Shown: positions 53,448 to 64,000 of the stretch, in pieces | Numbering within the stretch: position 1 is the first letter of the stretch | How the letters are laid out: every line of letters begins with the position of its first letter | Source: Eledone cirrhosa | Taxonomy: Eukaryota | NCBI GenBank assembly: GCA_964016885.1 | Contig: OZ024744.1 | Span: 96,906,001-96,970,000 of the forward strand | Direction: 5' to 3' | Length of the DNA stretch: 64,000 bases | The notes under the pieces: model-generated | Databases searched by the model: none | The model's input: only the letters and a program-made list of their open reading frames with translations | Told to the model about the DNA's origin: nothing | Translations under genes and position numbers: made by a program

Positions 53448-53590
53448 GAAAAATTGAGCAGGGACAGAACAGAGAGGCAGTACGATAAATGTTTATTAAA
53501 TTCACGCTCAGGAGAGTGGGGGGTAGGTGGGGGGGGTATATATATATTAATTCAAAATATTAACAAAATAGATATTCTTGTGATCAAGTA

Positions 53591-53657
53591 TATTTTATTA
53601 TACATATTTAAGAGGTACTGAGTTAAGTTCTACAGTACGTCCTCATCAGATAAAATA
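53591..53657 (-). ncRNA. Hammerhead with a mutated core (GAAA to TAAA)
   Basis: Minus strand TATTTTAT-CTGATGA-GGAC GTACTG..CAGTAC CTCT-TAAA-TATGTA-TA-ATAAAATA. Stem I is 8 bp and identical to the 40260 family. Confidence 0.6.
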
Positions 53658-54090
53658 AGATGACGCATGACATACCCTGACATAGTAGATGGGTAACTCT
53701 ATGCGTCAAAGCATGGCGTCCGACCCTCTACCGATACTGCCAATCCACCACATGTTACATACATAATAGCCACATTTATACGGATTCATCATAACATCTG
53801 TGAAATAAGTCGGCCTTTCACCACGAATATATACATACTATAGATATATTTCAAGGGCGGTGAGTTGGCAGTATCGGTAGAGGGTCAGACGCCATGCTTT
53901 CCAGCAGAGTTACGTCCCTTTACGGTCTGAGTTCAAATCCCGTCGAGGTTAACTTTCATCCTTACGGGGTCGATGAAATAAAGTACCAGTAATGTACTGA
54001 GTAATTGCTGGCCTTGTGCCAAAAGTAGAAACATTTATAAATGTTTCAGAAGAGAATTTCAACTTATCAATATAAATATTCATCTCTCTC

Positions 54091-54133
<43 letters not shown>

Positions 54134-54464
54134 CTTACTGTGACTCTCTGTCTATCTGTGTCTCTCTCTCTCGCTGTCTCTCTCTCTCTCTTCCTCTCTC
54201 TCTCTTACTGTCTTTTCCCACTGTGCCTGTCTTTCATTGGGTGTCTCTCCCTTCCCCCTCTCTCTTTCTCCCCCTCTTTCTATTTCTCTGTCTCTCATTT
54301 TCTCTTCTCTAGCTGCCTTTCTCCTTATCACGTCCTTTCTTCCTTCCTTTCTTTCTTTCTCTCACCCCCCCCCCCCATCTCTCTCTTTTTCTATTTCTCT
54401 GTATCCCGGTTTCTCTTCTCTCTCTGCCTCTATCCCTATCTATCTATCTATCTATCTCCTTATT

Positions 54465-54540
54465 GAGGACGCCTTTTTGTGTAAACTCCCCCCTTTGTAC
54501 TTGTCCCACTTTTGATGCCCTAGTGGCAAATAAAAGAAAC
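54465..54540 (+). mobile_element. Tx1-like 3' terminal stub in (TCTA)n
   Basis: TTTGTACTTGTCCC...GCCCTAGTGGCAAATAAA resembles the Tx1 3' end at 8150-8220. Confidence 0.6.
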
Positions 54541-54596
<56 letters not shown>

Positions 54597-54597
54597 T

Positions 54598-54697
<100 letters not shown>

Positions 54698-55869
54698 CCC
54701 ATCTCTCTCTTTTATCATGACTACACTAGTTTTAAGTTAACATCTCAGTTCAGAGTCAGTGAAAAATGAAAAAAAAAACAAAAAAAATCAGTGGTGGGAA
54801 ACTGATAGTATATGTAATTAAATCAATCTAATGAACTGAGGAAAATAACCTTAATGCAGTAGGTTGAATAATTTTGCATCTTTTATAGACGAGAATCGAG
54901 AGAAAAGTTTTAGTTAGAGAATTGATTGACACAGAGGTACTCTAAATGCGAATAATAATAGCACACATTACAAGAGTTGATAAATCTCCATAGTTAATAT
55001 TGTATTTATCAAAGGATTATTTGTGCTTCTTGTCGATGTTATGATTTTAGTTTGGAATCAGATAACTACCTATACGCATTTAAAACTAACTGCCAATGTT
55101 AAGTGTGTTACGGTCATTATTAATAATATGGAAGTAAAATAGTTTTAGTACACAGCAAATTATCGAAGCCAATTCTAAAACCCTTTAGAAGTGGAAAAAT
55201 CTAAATGATATTTATATTACCTATTCTATTTTATGTCCTATCTATAACTACGTCAATATTAATACCACCAGGACATATATTTCTCAAACCTCTTTGTGTC
55301 ATTAAAATCATTGTGCCATTACAATCACCAAATTAAAAGTCGCAGCTGTTCGAATTACATGTGTATCATTGGTTAAGTGAACGGTTCGCATGCCATTACT
55401 ACGTAGTTTTTCACAATGCCCATTAATTCTTAATCGCCCAGTTTACCTGTGATAACATGAGTTTTACAATCCTCTCTTTTCGACCATAGATGCTAAATGA
55501 AAACACAGTATTTCATTAACTTTCTCCAAGTACCGCTCGCTCTCCGACAGGTTTGCGGTCGTGCCCTTGGCAGTGAAGACTTTTGGTATCCTTGGCCCTA
55601 GGGCTACCTCCTTACTTACCGCCATAGGCGCTGAGCTGGCCAGCCGAAGGTAAAGGCCTCGCAAGCTGGAATGGCTCTTCCATCTTCCGGGTAAACGCGC
55701 CTTCTCCATTCTGTCCGTCGGGGCTGGGGGGAGGCCAGCACGTGGGACTCCATTTGCTCACTACTCAGAGAGATGGAGAGGGTGAGAGAGATGGGGCTGA
55801 TGACAGTGGGAGGTCGGCACTTACAACGATGGTGTTGTTTGTAATAACAAGATTCCCACCACCACTACT

Positions 55870-56150
55870 GAGAGCCGAGTCGTGGATGGAGCGTCGGTGC
55901 CGTCTGGCTGGCCATATTCTGCGTCTGCCAAATCAACGGCATTCGAAAACAGCGATGAACTGGACTCCGCCTGGCGGTAAACGGAGGCGGCGTTGCCCAA
56001 GGATCACCTGGCGACGAACGTTCTTCCGGAAGGACCTGATGGCAGCCAACATCACCTGGTCTCGATAAAGTTGCCGCTGATCGTGACCCTTGACGAGTAC
56101 TTACTGCTCGATGCGCCGAACGGCGGCGCGGAAGTATCTAAGACTAAGAT
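55870..56150 (+). mobile_element. RTE-type LINE 3' fragment
   Basis: RRCRLAGHILRLP...WTPPGGKRRRRCPRITWRRT, then a (CTAAGA)2 tail. Confidence 0.8.
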
Positions 56151-58198
56151 ATATCCAGCCTATCTTCCCTTAAACCCAAGTTACTTGGGTTGATTTTGCA
56201 AAGAAATTCGTCGTAAGTGATGGTGGTGGTGGTGGTGGAGGTGTTGCTGGTGGTGATGGTAATGGTGGTGGTGGTGGAGATATATATATATATTATTGTA
56301 TTGTGTATTGTATATCTTACCCACAGTATTTTATTTTATCGAACCCTGCAAAGATGAAAGGTAAAGTAGACCTTTCAGACCTTATCAGAAATTAAAACCA
56401 GAACAGAACATGCAACGAACCGTTACGAAATACTCCAATGCATTTCAGCCGGCGCATTAATGATCCAACTAATTCACCGCCCTCATTGTTCACAGAAAGA
56501 AAACTAATTGTTCCATTAGTATATTTTATATATTATACAAAAGTGTGAATGTATTCCAAAGTAGTCTGAATGAACAGCAAGTGTCTATTGATTCAAGATC
56601 AATTATGACGTGATATAAACAAGAATTAACATGGTTAAGAGTCAGAATTATACTCTAAAAATAATTGTTTCAACTATCATCTACAATGGACGAATATATC
56701 TCATGATAGAAGAAAGCTTTCTTGAGACCATCCAGCAAATGTTTATGTTTATTGCATAATCATATTTCTTATTTATTTATTTTTTAAAAAAAAGCTTCAC
56801 TTTGATTGGGTGGTTTGGTTGGTAGGTTGGTTGATTGGTCGATTAGCTGGTAGTCTGCTTTGATTGGTTGGCTACATGTATGACTGGTTGTATGGTTGAC
56901 TGGTTGGCTTGTTTGTTGGTTAGTTTGTTGGTTTGCTAGCTGGTTGGCTGGCTGGTTGGTTGGTTGGGTGGCTGGCTGGTTAGCTGGTTGGTTGGTTAGT
57001 TTGTTGGTTGGTTGGCTGGCGGATGGCTGGTTGGCTGGTTGGTTGGTTGGTTAGTTTGTTTACTATTTGGTCGTTTGGCTCGCTGTTTGTTTAGTTTTGT
57101 TGGTTTGTTGATTGGTTGGTTGGCTGGTTATTTTGTCGGTTGCTTGATTGGCTGTTTGGTTAAAGGGGAGAGAAATAATTTTTTTCATCAGTTATATATG
57201 AACACCTCACTTCATATTTCGCTTTTGTTAGTGATGAAGACATGAATAATAAATATGTTATAAGCATCATAATTAGTTTAATTACTTTTGTTTCTTCTCA
57301 ATATCTAAAGTCTGTCACGAACTCGGCGGCTCATCAGGCAGGTGCTTATCCCAGTTCCGGTGGCGTGAAGTGACTGCAAGTATAAGACTGTCTATAGACA
57401 GGACACAAGTCAATCACAAGGTTAAAGACTGTCTCGAGCTCGGAGCCTCGCCAGGCAGGTGCTTACCCCAGTGTCTGTAGTATGAAACGACTGAGAGTAC
57501 AAGACTTGCTCCTGGTACTCATTTTCATTTGAGTATACTGGAGCAATGTGAAATGAAGTGTTTTGTTTAAGAACATAACACACAATCGAGTCTAGAAATC
57601 GAACCCACGACATTATAATCGTAAATCCAACACATTTGCCACTAGGCCACATACCTCCCTCTTCTCATTATAATAATCTATAATTTTAGGCAGAAGGGCA
57701 CCAATTTGAAAGCACAGGAAAGACGATAATGTCGACCACAGGACAAGACTGGAACTCCGTTTTATCATCCATCCCGGAAGAATACAATGCAAAGTTGACC
57801 TCCGTTTGGATTTGAATTTAGAATGTAAAGTGCCGAAGCAAATGTCACAAAGCCTTTTTCCGGCATTTTAACGACTCTGCTAATCCACTGCCTTTGTATT
57901 GCTTGAAATGTAAGTACAAGGTTTGTAAATCGGGGGCAGGGAAAGTCGATTATATCGACCCCAGAAGGATAACAAACAAAGTTGATTTCGGTGGGATTTG
58001 AAATATGAACGTAGCTAAACGGTGCCTTGTTCTTCTAAATGTAAAATACACTAAGGTAAATGGAATTAAACCCTCACGAATGAGAGCTCAGTGATGTGAT
58101 ATGTAGCACAAGTCTCTGATAGACTTAGTTAGAAAGGGGTGTGAAGAAGGTGAGTTCTGGAAAAGTATAGCGGCGAAGAGCTAGTGCAGCAAATATGT

Positions 58199-58275
58199 CA
58201 GGCATGGGTAACCTTTTTCGAGAAGCGGGCCGCATGAGATATGACTCATCATCAGGCGGCAGGCCGCAAGCTCTA
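58199..58275 (+). mobile_element. hAT/Charlie-like terminal fragment
   Basis: CAGGCATGGGTAACCTTTTT...GCGGGCCGCA resembles Charlie-type termini. The other end was not found. Confidence 0.45.
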
Positions 58276-59363
58276 ATTTACATTCGTGCCCACTTTAAAA
58301 AAAAAGGGCGGTAACTCGGGTCGTTTTGATTTGTTTCTTCAGAATTCGTACACGTTGTTTTCCTCGATTGTAAAAATGATAGAAAGATAAATTACGACTG
58401 AAAAGTTGGGGTAAAAAAATCAGAAAGATTTCACTTAAGTGACCTAGGCGAGCAGCAGGTTGCTCATGAATGAAATATGTAAACATTTTTTTTTTTTTCA
58501 CCGGTAGTGTTCATAACAGAGTGGTCTCTATTATTTTCGCGAAAGCAAGGTAAAAGGTTTCAACTTAACGAAAATGATTTAGAGACATAATTAACATTTG
58601 GAAAGCATAGTACAATGCCTGAAACATCTGACTGGAAATATAAAAATATATAATTTTGCTAATAAAAATAATTATATTTTAGATTACGATATAATTTAGT
58701 ATAGATATGGAAGAAAATATATATTTATCTTAGAATTTATAGGAATATCATTGAACTATTTTCAACTTTTGAAGATCGGAATTTTCCAATAAATCTAAAG
58801 TGCTAAAAATAATTACAGAAACTTTTGTATTATTTATATTAAACAATTTTATGGATCTAAGTGATAAAATAATAATTACCTCATTTTTTTTTAAATTCAT
58901 TTATAGAAATATTGAATATGATAAAACATACACGAAAACATTAAAAACAACCCTTAAGAAAATGTACCTGATTCCAAATAAATGATAAACTCATCTCCCA
59001 AAGCTATTCACCCAATCGCACGGATATGGTGGAGTTCCTTATCTTTCCCTAGCTTATCTTTATCTCACAAATTTCACGATATGTTTATGAAATTCTCTTC
59101 GTAACTTGAGTTTAAGTTTCAATCCACTACCTGACGTACTGGGCAGGTGTTTTCTATGGGCAGGTGTTTCATATGGCAGGCAGAAACTGTGTAACACCTC
59201 GTTGTATATATTAAAATATAGATATAAAATTTGAAAATTGAAATTCCCAAGTCGCTGCCAACACTCTACTTAGAAGATAAATTTCTAGGTTCTTCCCACA
59301 AGTATTGAATGTTCAATTAGATAAATTTGAATGTTATAAGAACTACGGAATTTTAAACACATT

Positions 59364-59521
<158 letters not shown>

Positions 59522-59964
59522 CACATTCATAAGAATTAATATAATTTTAACTATATAAGTATATCTTTCAATTAATTTAATTTCCCTTTATGTACCTAGG
59601 TTCCTTGAAATTTAAACAGGAGTAGTATTTCTCACTAACACTCTTATCCCACAAAAAATTATTTTCCCTTCGTTTTTAACAGCATTTTTTAATAACATCA
59701 ATTTTTTGGGTAGGAAGGCGGGGGGGGGGGGGTCGTTCACTATCTCATTAACTTGGACTCATTTTAACCCCTATCTTTCTCTTCCCCCACTGTATTCTTT
59801 TCATTCAAAACATAAATTTACATTCCTCCACTCCTAGCATCAAGTTCTACTACTGTTATTCTATTAACTTGACCTCTAACCCTTTTCTATTGGTCAATTC
59901 AAAACCTGTTCCCAAACAGACAGACTTTTTGTATTAATACTTTGTTTCTTTCAATAAACATACT

Positions 59965-60104
59965 TCATCAATTCTGAAGATGGCATGTATAGGTGACGGT
60001 ATGTATATCTCCTCTGATAATTGTAATATTTTTTTACATAGATCTTTAATATGATATACATACCAACACACATATACATCCTAGAAACGATCGTAAAATG
60101 ATGA
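59965..60104 (+). ncRNA. Type I hammerhead with ~100-nt extended stem II (diverged relative of 36579-36713)
   Basis: TCATCAATT-CTGAAGA(59974)...GAAAC(60084)GATC-GTA-AAATGATGA. Stem II pairs ATGTATA/TATACAT and GGTATGTATATC/GATATACATACC. Confidence 0.75.
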
Positions 60105-61314
60105 TTTTTTCAATATAATGAACCTGTTCTTTGTTTTTATTTCATTGTTTTTATTAATTTATATATATATATATATGTGTGTGTGTGCGTGTGCTTGTGT
60201 GTTTGTTTGTGAGTGTGTATGCGAGTGAGTGTGTGTGTGTGTATGTGTGTGTGGGGGGTGGGGGTGCGCGTACGTGTGCGTGTGTGTGTGTGTTTACGGG
60301 TATCAATATAAGATAGAAAAGAGAGGAACAGATCTCATGGCCAGATAACTGTCGCATGTCGGGTGACCGTGACCGCATTATCGATTACTCCAAATAGATC
60401 ATATTCTCTTACTCTATTAAATTGATATAAACCATCAGCACTGCCTCATTTCTTAAACAATCATAAACAATTTCGTGGTCCCCCCCAACCATCAGCAGAT
60501 ATCTTATTATATCTTATATCATATCCATGCAACACAATCAGATATCGTACATAAATTCGATGTTTTTAACATGAGAAAATCCCACAGCTAGGACCAGGTG
60601 AGAAGCTATGCATCGACTGTTAAGATTTTAGATATAAATTATTCATGACATGTATATTATACGTAAATAATGTTATTTTATATAAAAGAGTTTAACCGTT
60701 ATTGTACGTAGTAAAGGCAGCAGTAGAAATATCGGTAGTTGAATTCAATACTTCGTTATCAAGATGGTTTCTCTTAAAGAGTCTTTATCAACAACCGTTA
60801 TCTCATTTGAAAGGTTAGAGAAAATAAATGTGATTGAAATATGCTCTCTCTGAAATCTATCCTACTCACGCTTTTTATGAATGCACTTGCACATAATTCT
60901 GACGTCACGTTTCCACTCATTGTTATGTTTACCTAGGTTTATAACTCGTCTGGTCTGGCCTCTTCCCATTGTCATGGCTATAGTTCGAAGACCATGGACA
61001 ATAGCACCAATGACAATCTATATGATTCTATATATTCATAATTATCACCACGAAAAAGTAATGGCGGTAGGACCCGAAACTTCGTCCAACTGTGTTATAA
61101 CAATTTAGTCCTTCTTTTTCTTTTGTACATGCAGCAACCAATACTCAGTCACGTACTTAACTCATCTTGTTTGTTCATTTTTGTGTAGTATCATTTAGTA
61201 TTGAACATACCATGGGATACATTACTCTGGTAATAGCCAAAAGATGATCGTCAGAAACTTTCATGGTTGGTGTATCAATAGTTAAGTGTTGGTACGAATA
61301 CTGAATTGAAGATT

Positions 61315-61718
61315 CACACCTTGTGTGATGAACGAAATAATTGTATCGCGAATACAAGCGCTCAAAATAGGGTTCCTTCGAAGGGTCTTTGGAGTAGTGT
61401 TACTCGTTAGAGTGTTTAGCTCAGAGATCAGTGAGTCACTCCAAGTAGAGCCGCTACTTCTCTGAATTGAGAGCTCACAGCTCCGATACTATGGGTATGT
61501 GGTTAGAATTTCTTAGGAAAGAATCGTGGGCAGATTTTACAGGCAAAACCAACTGACATGAGACCCAGGGGTAGACCCTGAGAAAGATGGTTGGATAACA
61601 TCCATGAGCTTGGGTGGTCACACTTGGGGGATCCAGTCGCATAAGTTGGAGACGGTTCCGTCTGATAGGACCTGCTTGAAGGAGTGTTTGAGAACTCTGC
61701 TTCCAGGAATAAGTGGGA
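61315..61718 (+). mobile_element. RTE (BovB-like) LINE 3' fragment
   Basis: Own translation SRIQALKIGFLRRV...SSEISESLQVEPLLL*IERSQLRYYGYV...RPRGRP, ending at (GAA)n. Confidence 0.78.
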
Positions 61719-61916
61719 GAAGAAGAAGAAGAAGAAGAAGAAGAAGAAGAAGAAGAAGAAGAAGAATACATCGACGAACTGCAAGAGACACTAATGTCGG
61801 AAATGAAAATTGATGATGTGAAACAGATTTTCAATTTTAGACAGGTATCCGATTAAATATCATGATGTATATATGTTTAACAGGGAGAAGATTTTATAAA
61901 AACATGCTCCATAATA

Positions 61917-62442
61917 AATGTTTCTACTTTTGGCACAAGGCCAGCAAATACCCAGTACATTACTGGTACTTTATTTTATCGACCCCGCAAGGATGAAAGG
62001 CAAAGTTAACTTCGGCGGGATTTGAACTCAGAACGTAAAGGGACGTAAATCTACGTTGCAAAGCATGGCGCCCGACCATCCATAACAATTGTTTCTGCTT
62101 TTTGGCCCAAGGCCAGCATTTACCCAGTACATTACTGGTACTTTATTTTATCGACCCCGCAAGGATGAAAGGCAAAGTTAACTTCGGCGGGATTTGAACT
62201 CAGAACGTAAAGGGACGTAAATCTACGTTGCAAAGCATGGCGCCCGACCATCCATAACAATTGTTTCTGCTTTTTGGCCCAAGGCCAGCATTTACCCAGT
62301 ACATTACTGGTACTTTATTTTATCGACCCCGCAAGGATGAAAGACAAAGTTAACTTCGGCGGGATTTGAACTCAGAACGTAAAGAGACGTAAATCTACGT
62401 TGCAAAGCTTGGCGTCTGACCCTCTACCGATACTGCTAATCT
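61917..62442 (-). repeat. Tandem triplication of SINE A (~171-bp period)
   Basis: Three near-identical units share private variants (CCCGCAAGG, TAACTTCGG, CGTAAATCTACG). Confidence 0.9.
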
Positions 62443-63505
62443 GAAGCTCCACAATAATATCAAAATATTCTAATAAATATATGAAATATTTTTGGCAAGT
62501 ATAAAATTATGGAGGCGATGGAGAGAAGGTCCAGTTAAATCTTGTCAACAATCTTCATACGGTTTAGATTCACAACAATTCTCTAATATCCGAAGAGCTA
62601 AATGTCAGCAGAAGGACATGCAGGAGTCATAACCTGGATGTGACCTGGCCCGCTTAGAGGGTAAGAAGTTTAGCGCCGAAACATTTCTATGAGGTGGGTG
62701 GTTCTTCTCTGAAGACCTTCTGCTGTCCAGTTCTCCTAAATGTTTTTTTAACCAATTATCTAGAAACAAAGTAACTATGAATTGAAATGTTTGTTAATCA
62801 AGTATTACTTCAGATTCTAATGAAAGTGTATAGAATGCTTCAATGATAATGTAGGCGTAATAAAATAAGACTGAAAAGAGATTGACTTAATATTTTAAAT
62901 ATCTTACCAAAATTACATTACGGATGTCATGTCTGAGAATATCAGAATCATGCGCCATACTAGCTGTGGAATAAGCTCTAAGTATCCAAGTAGTAAATCC
63001 GAGCATTTATCTTAAATATCTTATACGTTGGCTCTTTACATTCTGAAAACAAAACCTGCTAAGGTCAACCTTACAATTCATCCTTCCGGGATCGATAAAA
63101 ATAAAGTACCAGTCAAGTGTTAGGGTTAATTTAATCAAATTAACCCTTTCCCCAAATTTGCTGGCCTTGTGTCTAAATAAAAAATCAATATTTTATACTA
63201 ACAGAATAAAAGGTCTAGAAACTTTTTCTCGTCGTTCAACAGAAAAGCAAATTAATAAAATTTTATATTCTAAAAATCTGCATAAAATTATTGCTGTTTT
63301 AATGGTATTTAAATAAAAATTGAAAAGTTCGTTTTGTAGTGCGGAAAATATACTTCAAATTCAGAATAGAATATTTTTTCTTGGACAACAATTATGTTTA
63401 TACGATAAAAACATATTGTCTACATGTGCTGGCACACACGCACACTAACACTCACAAACATAGACACACGTTAAAGAAACATAGGCACACACATGCACAC
63501 GTATA

Positions 63506-63629
<124 letters not shown>

Positions 63630-63659
63630 AAAATTGAACGGGAACAAAACAGAGAGGCA

Positions 63660-63741
<82 letters not shown>

Positions 63742-64000
63742 AAATTGAAATAAAAAAGTAGGGTTCAAACTCTGTGTGATGGTAACATTACTGAAATGTC
63801 TATAGACTTGTAAGCGAGAATGGTACGTATACGCTCCTCGTTATGAATATGAAATACGGGAAATTGAGGGATTTTTTCCTATAAAACACTGATTCTTTTG
63901 ATGTTTTATAGATTGGAATAGATACATTAACACATACTGCTGTAGCTAAATTTAAATTTAATAATCCTTTTTATGCAGTCACCATTTATCAAAGTTACAC

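Overview
This 64 kb window is eukaryotic, AT-rich and saturated with repeats. The SINE families and microsatellite load suggest a coleoid cephalopod, probably Octopus; that is an inference. I can support no intact host gene, apart from one weak terminal-exon candidate. Most ORFs in the track are microsatellite artefacts. Recognisable content: a near-full-length, frameshifted L1/Tx1-type LINE (~2.9-8.2 kb); many fragments of R4/Dong-like RLE LINEs, RTE-type LINEs and CRE-like LINEs; dozens of copies of two tRNA-derived SINE families; an internally deleted mariner; several minisatellites; and a Penelope-like element (PLE) 3' fragment with a GIY-YIG endonuclease. The main signal is a swarm of type I hammerhead ribozyme (HHR) motifs with the pattern CTGANGA-stem II-GAAA-stem III-NTH-stem I. 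There are about 15 intact, degenerate or partial copies from at least 6 sequence families. Most lie in short non-coding inserts inside (TA)n tracts, and many are duplicated as near-perfect fold-back palindromes. Two copies have an unusual ~100-nt extended stem II with different sequence but the same pairing. All structures were read by eye; none were folded computationally or searched against databases.
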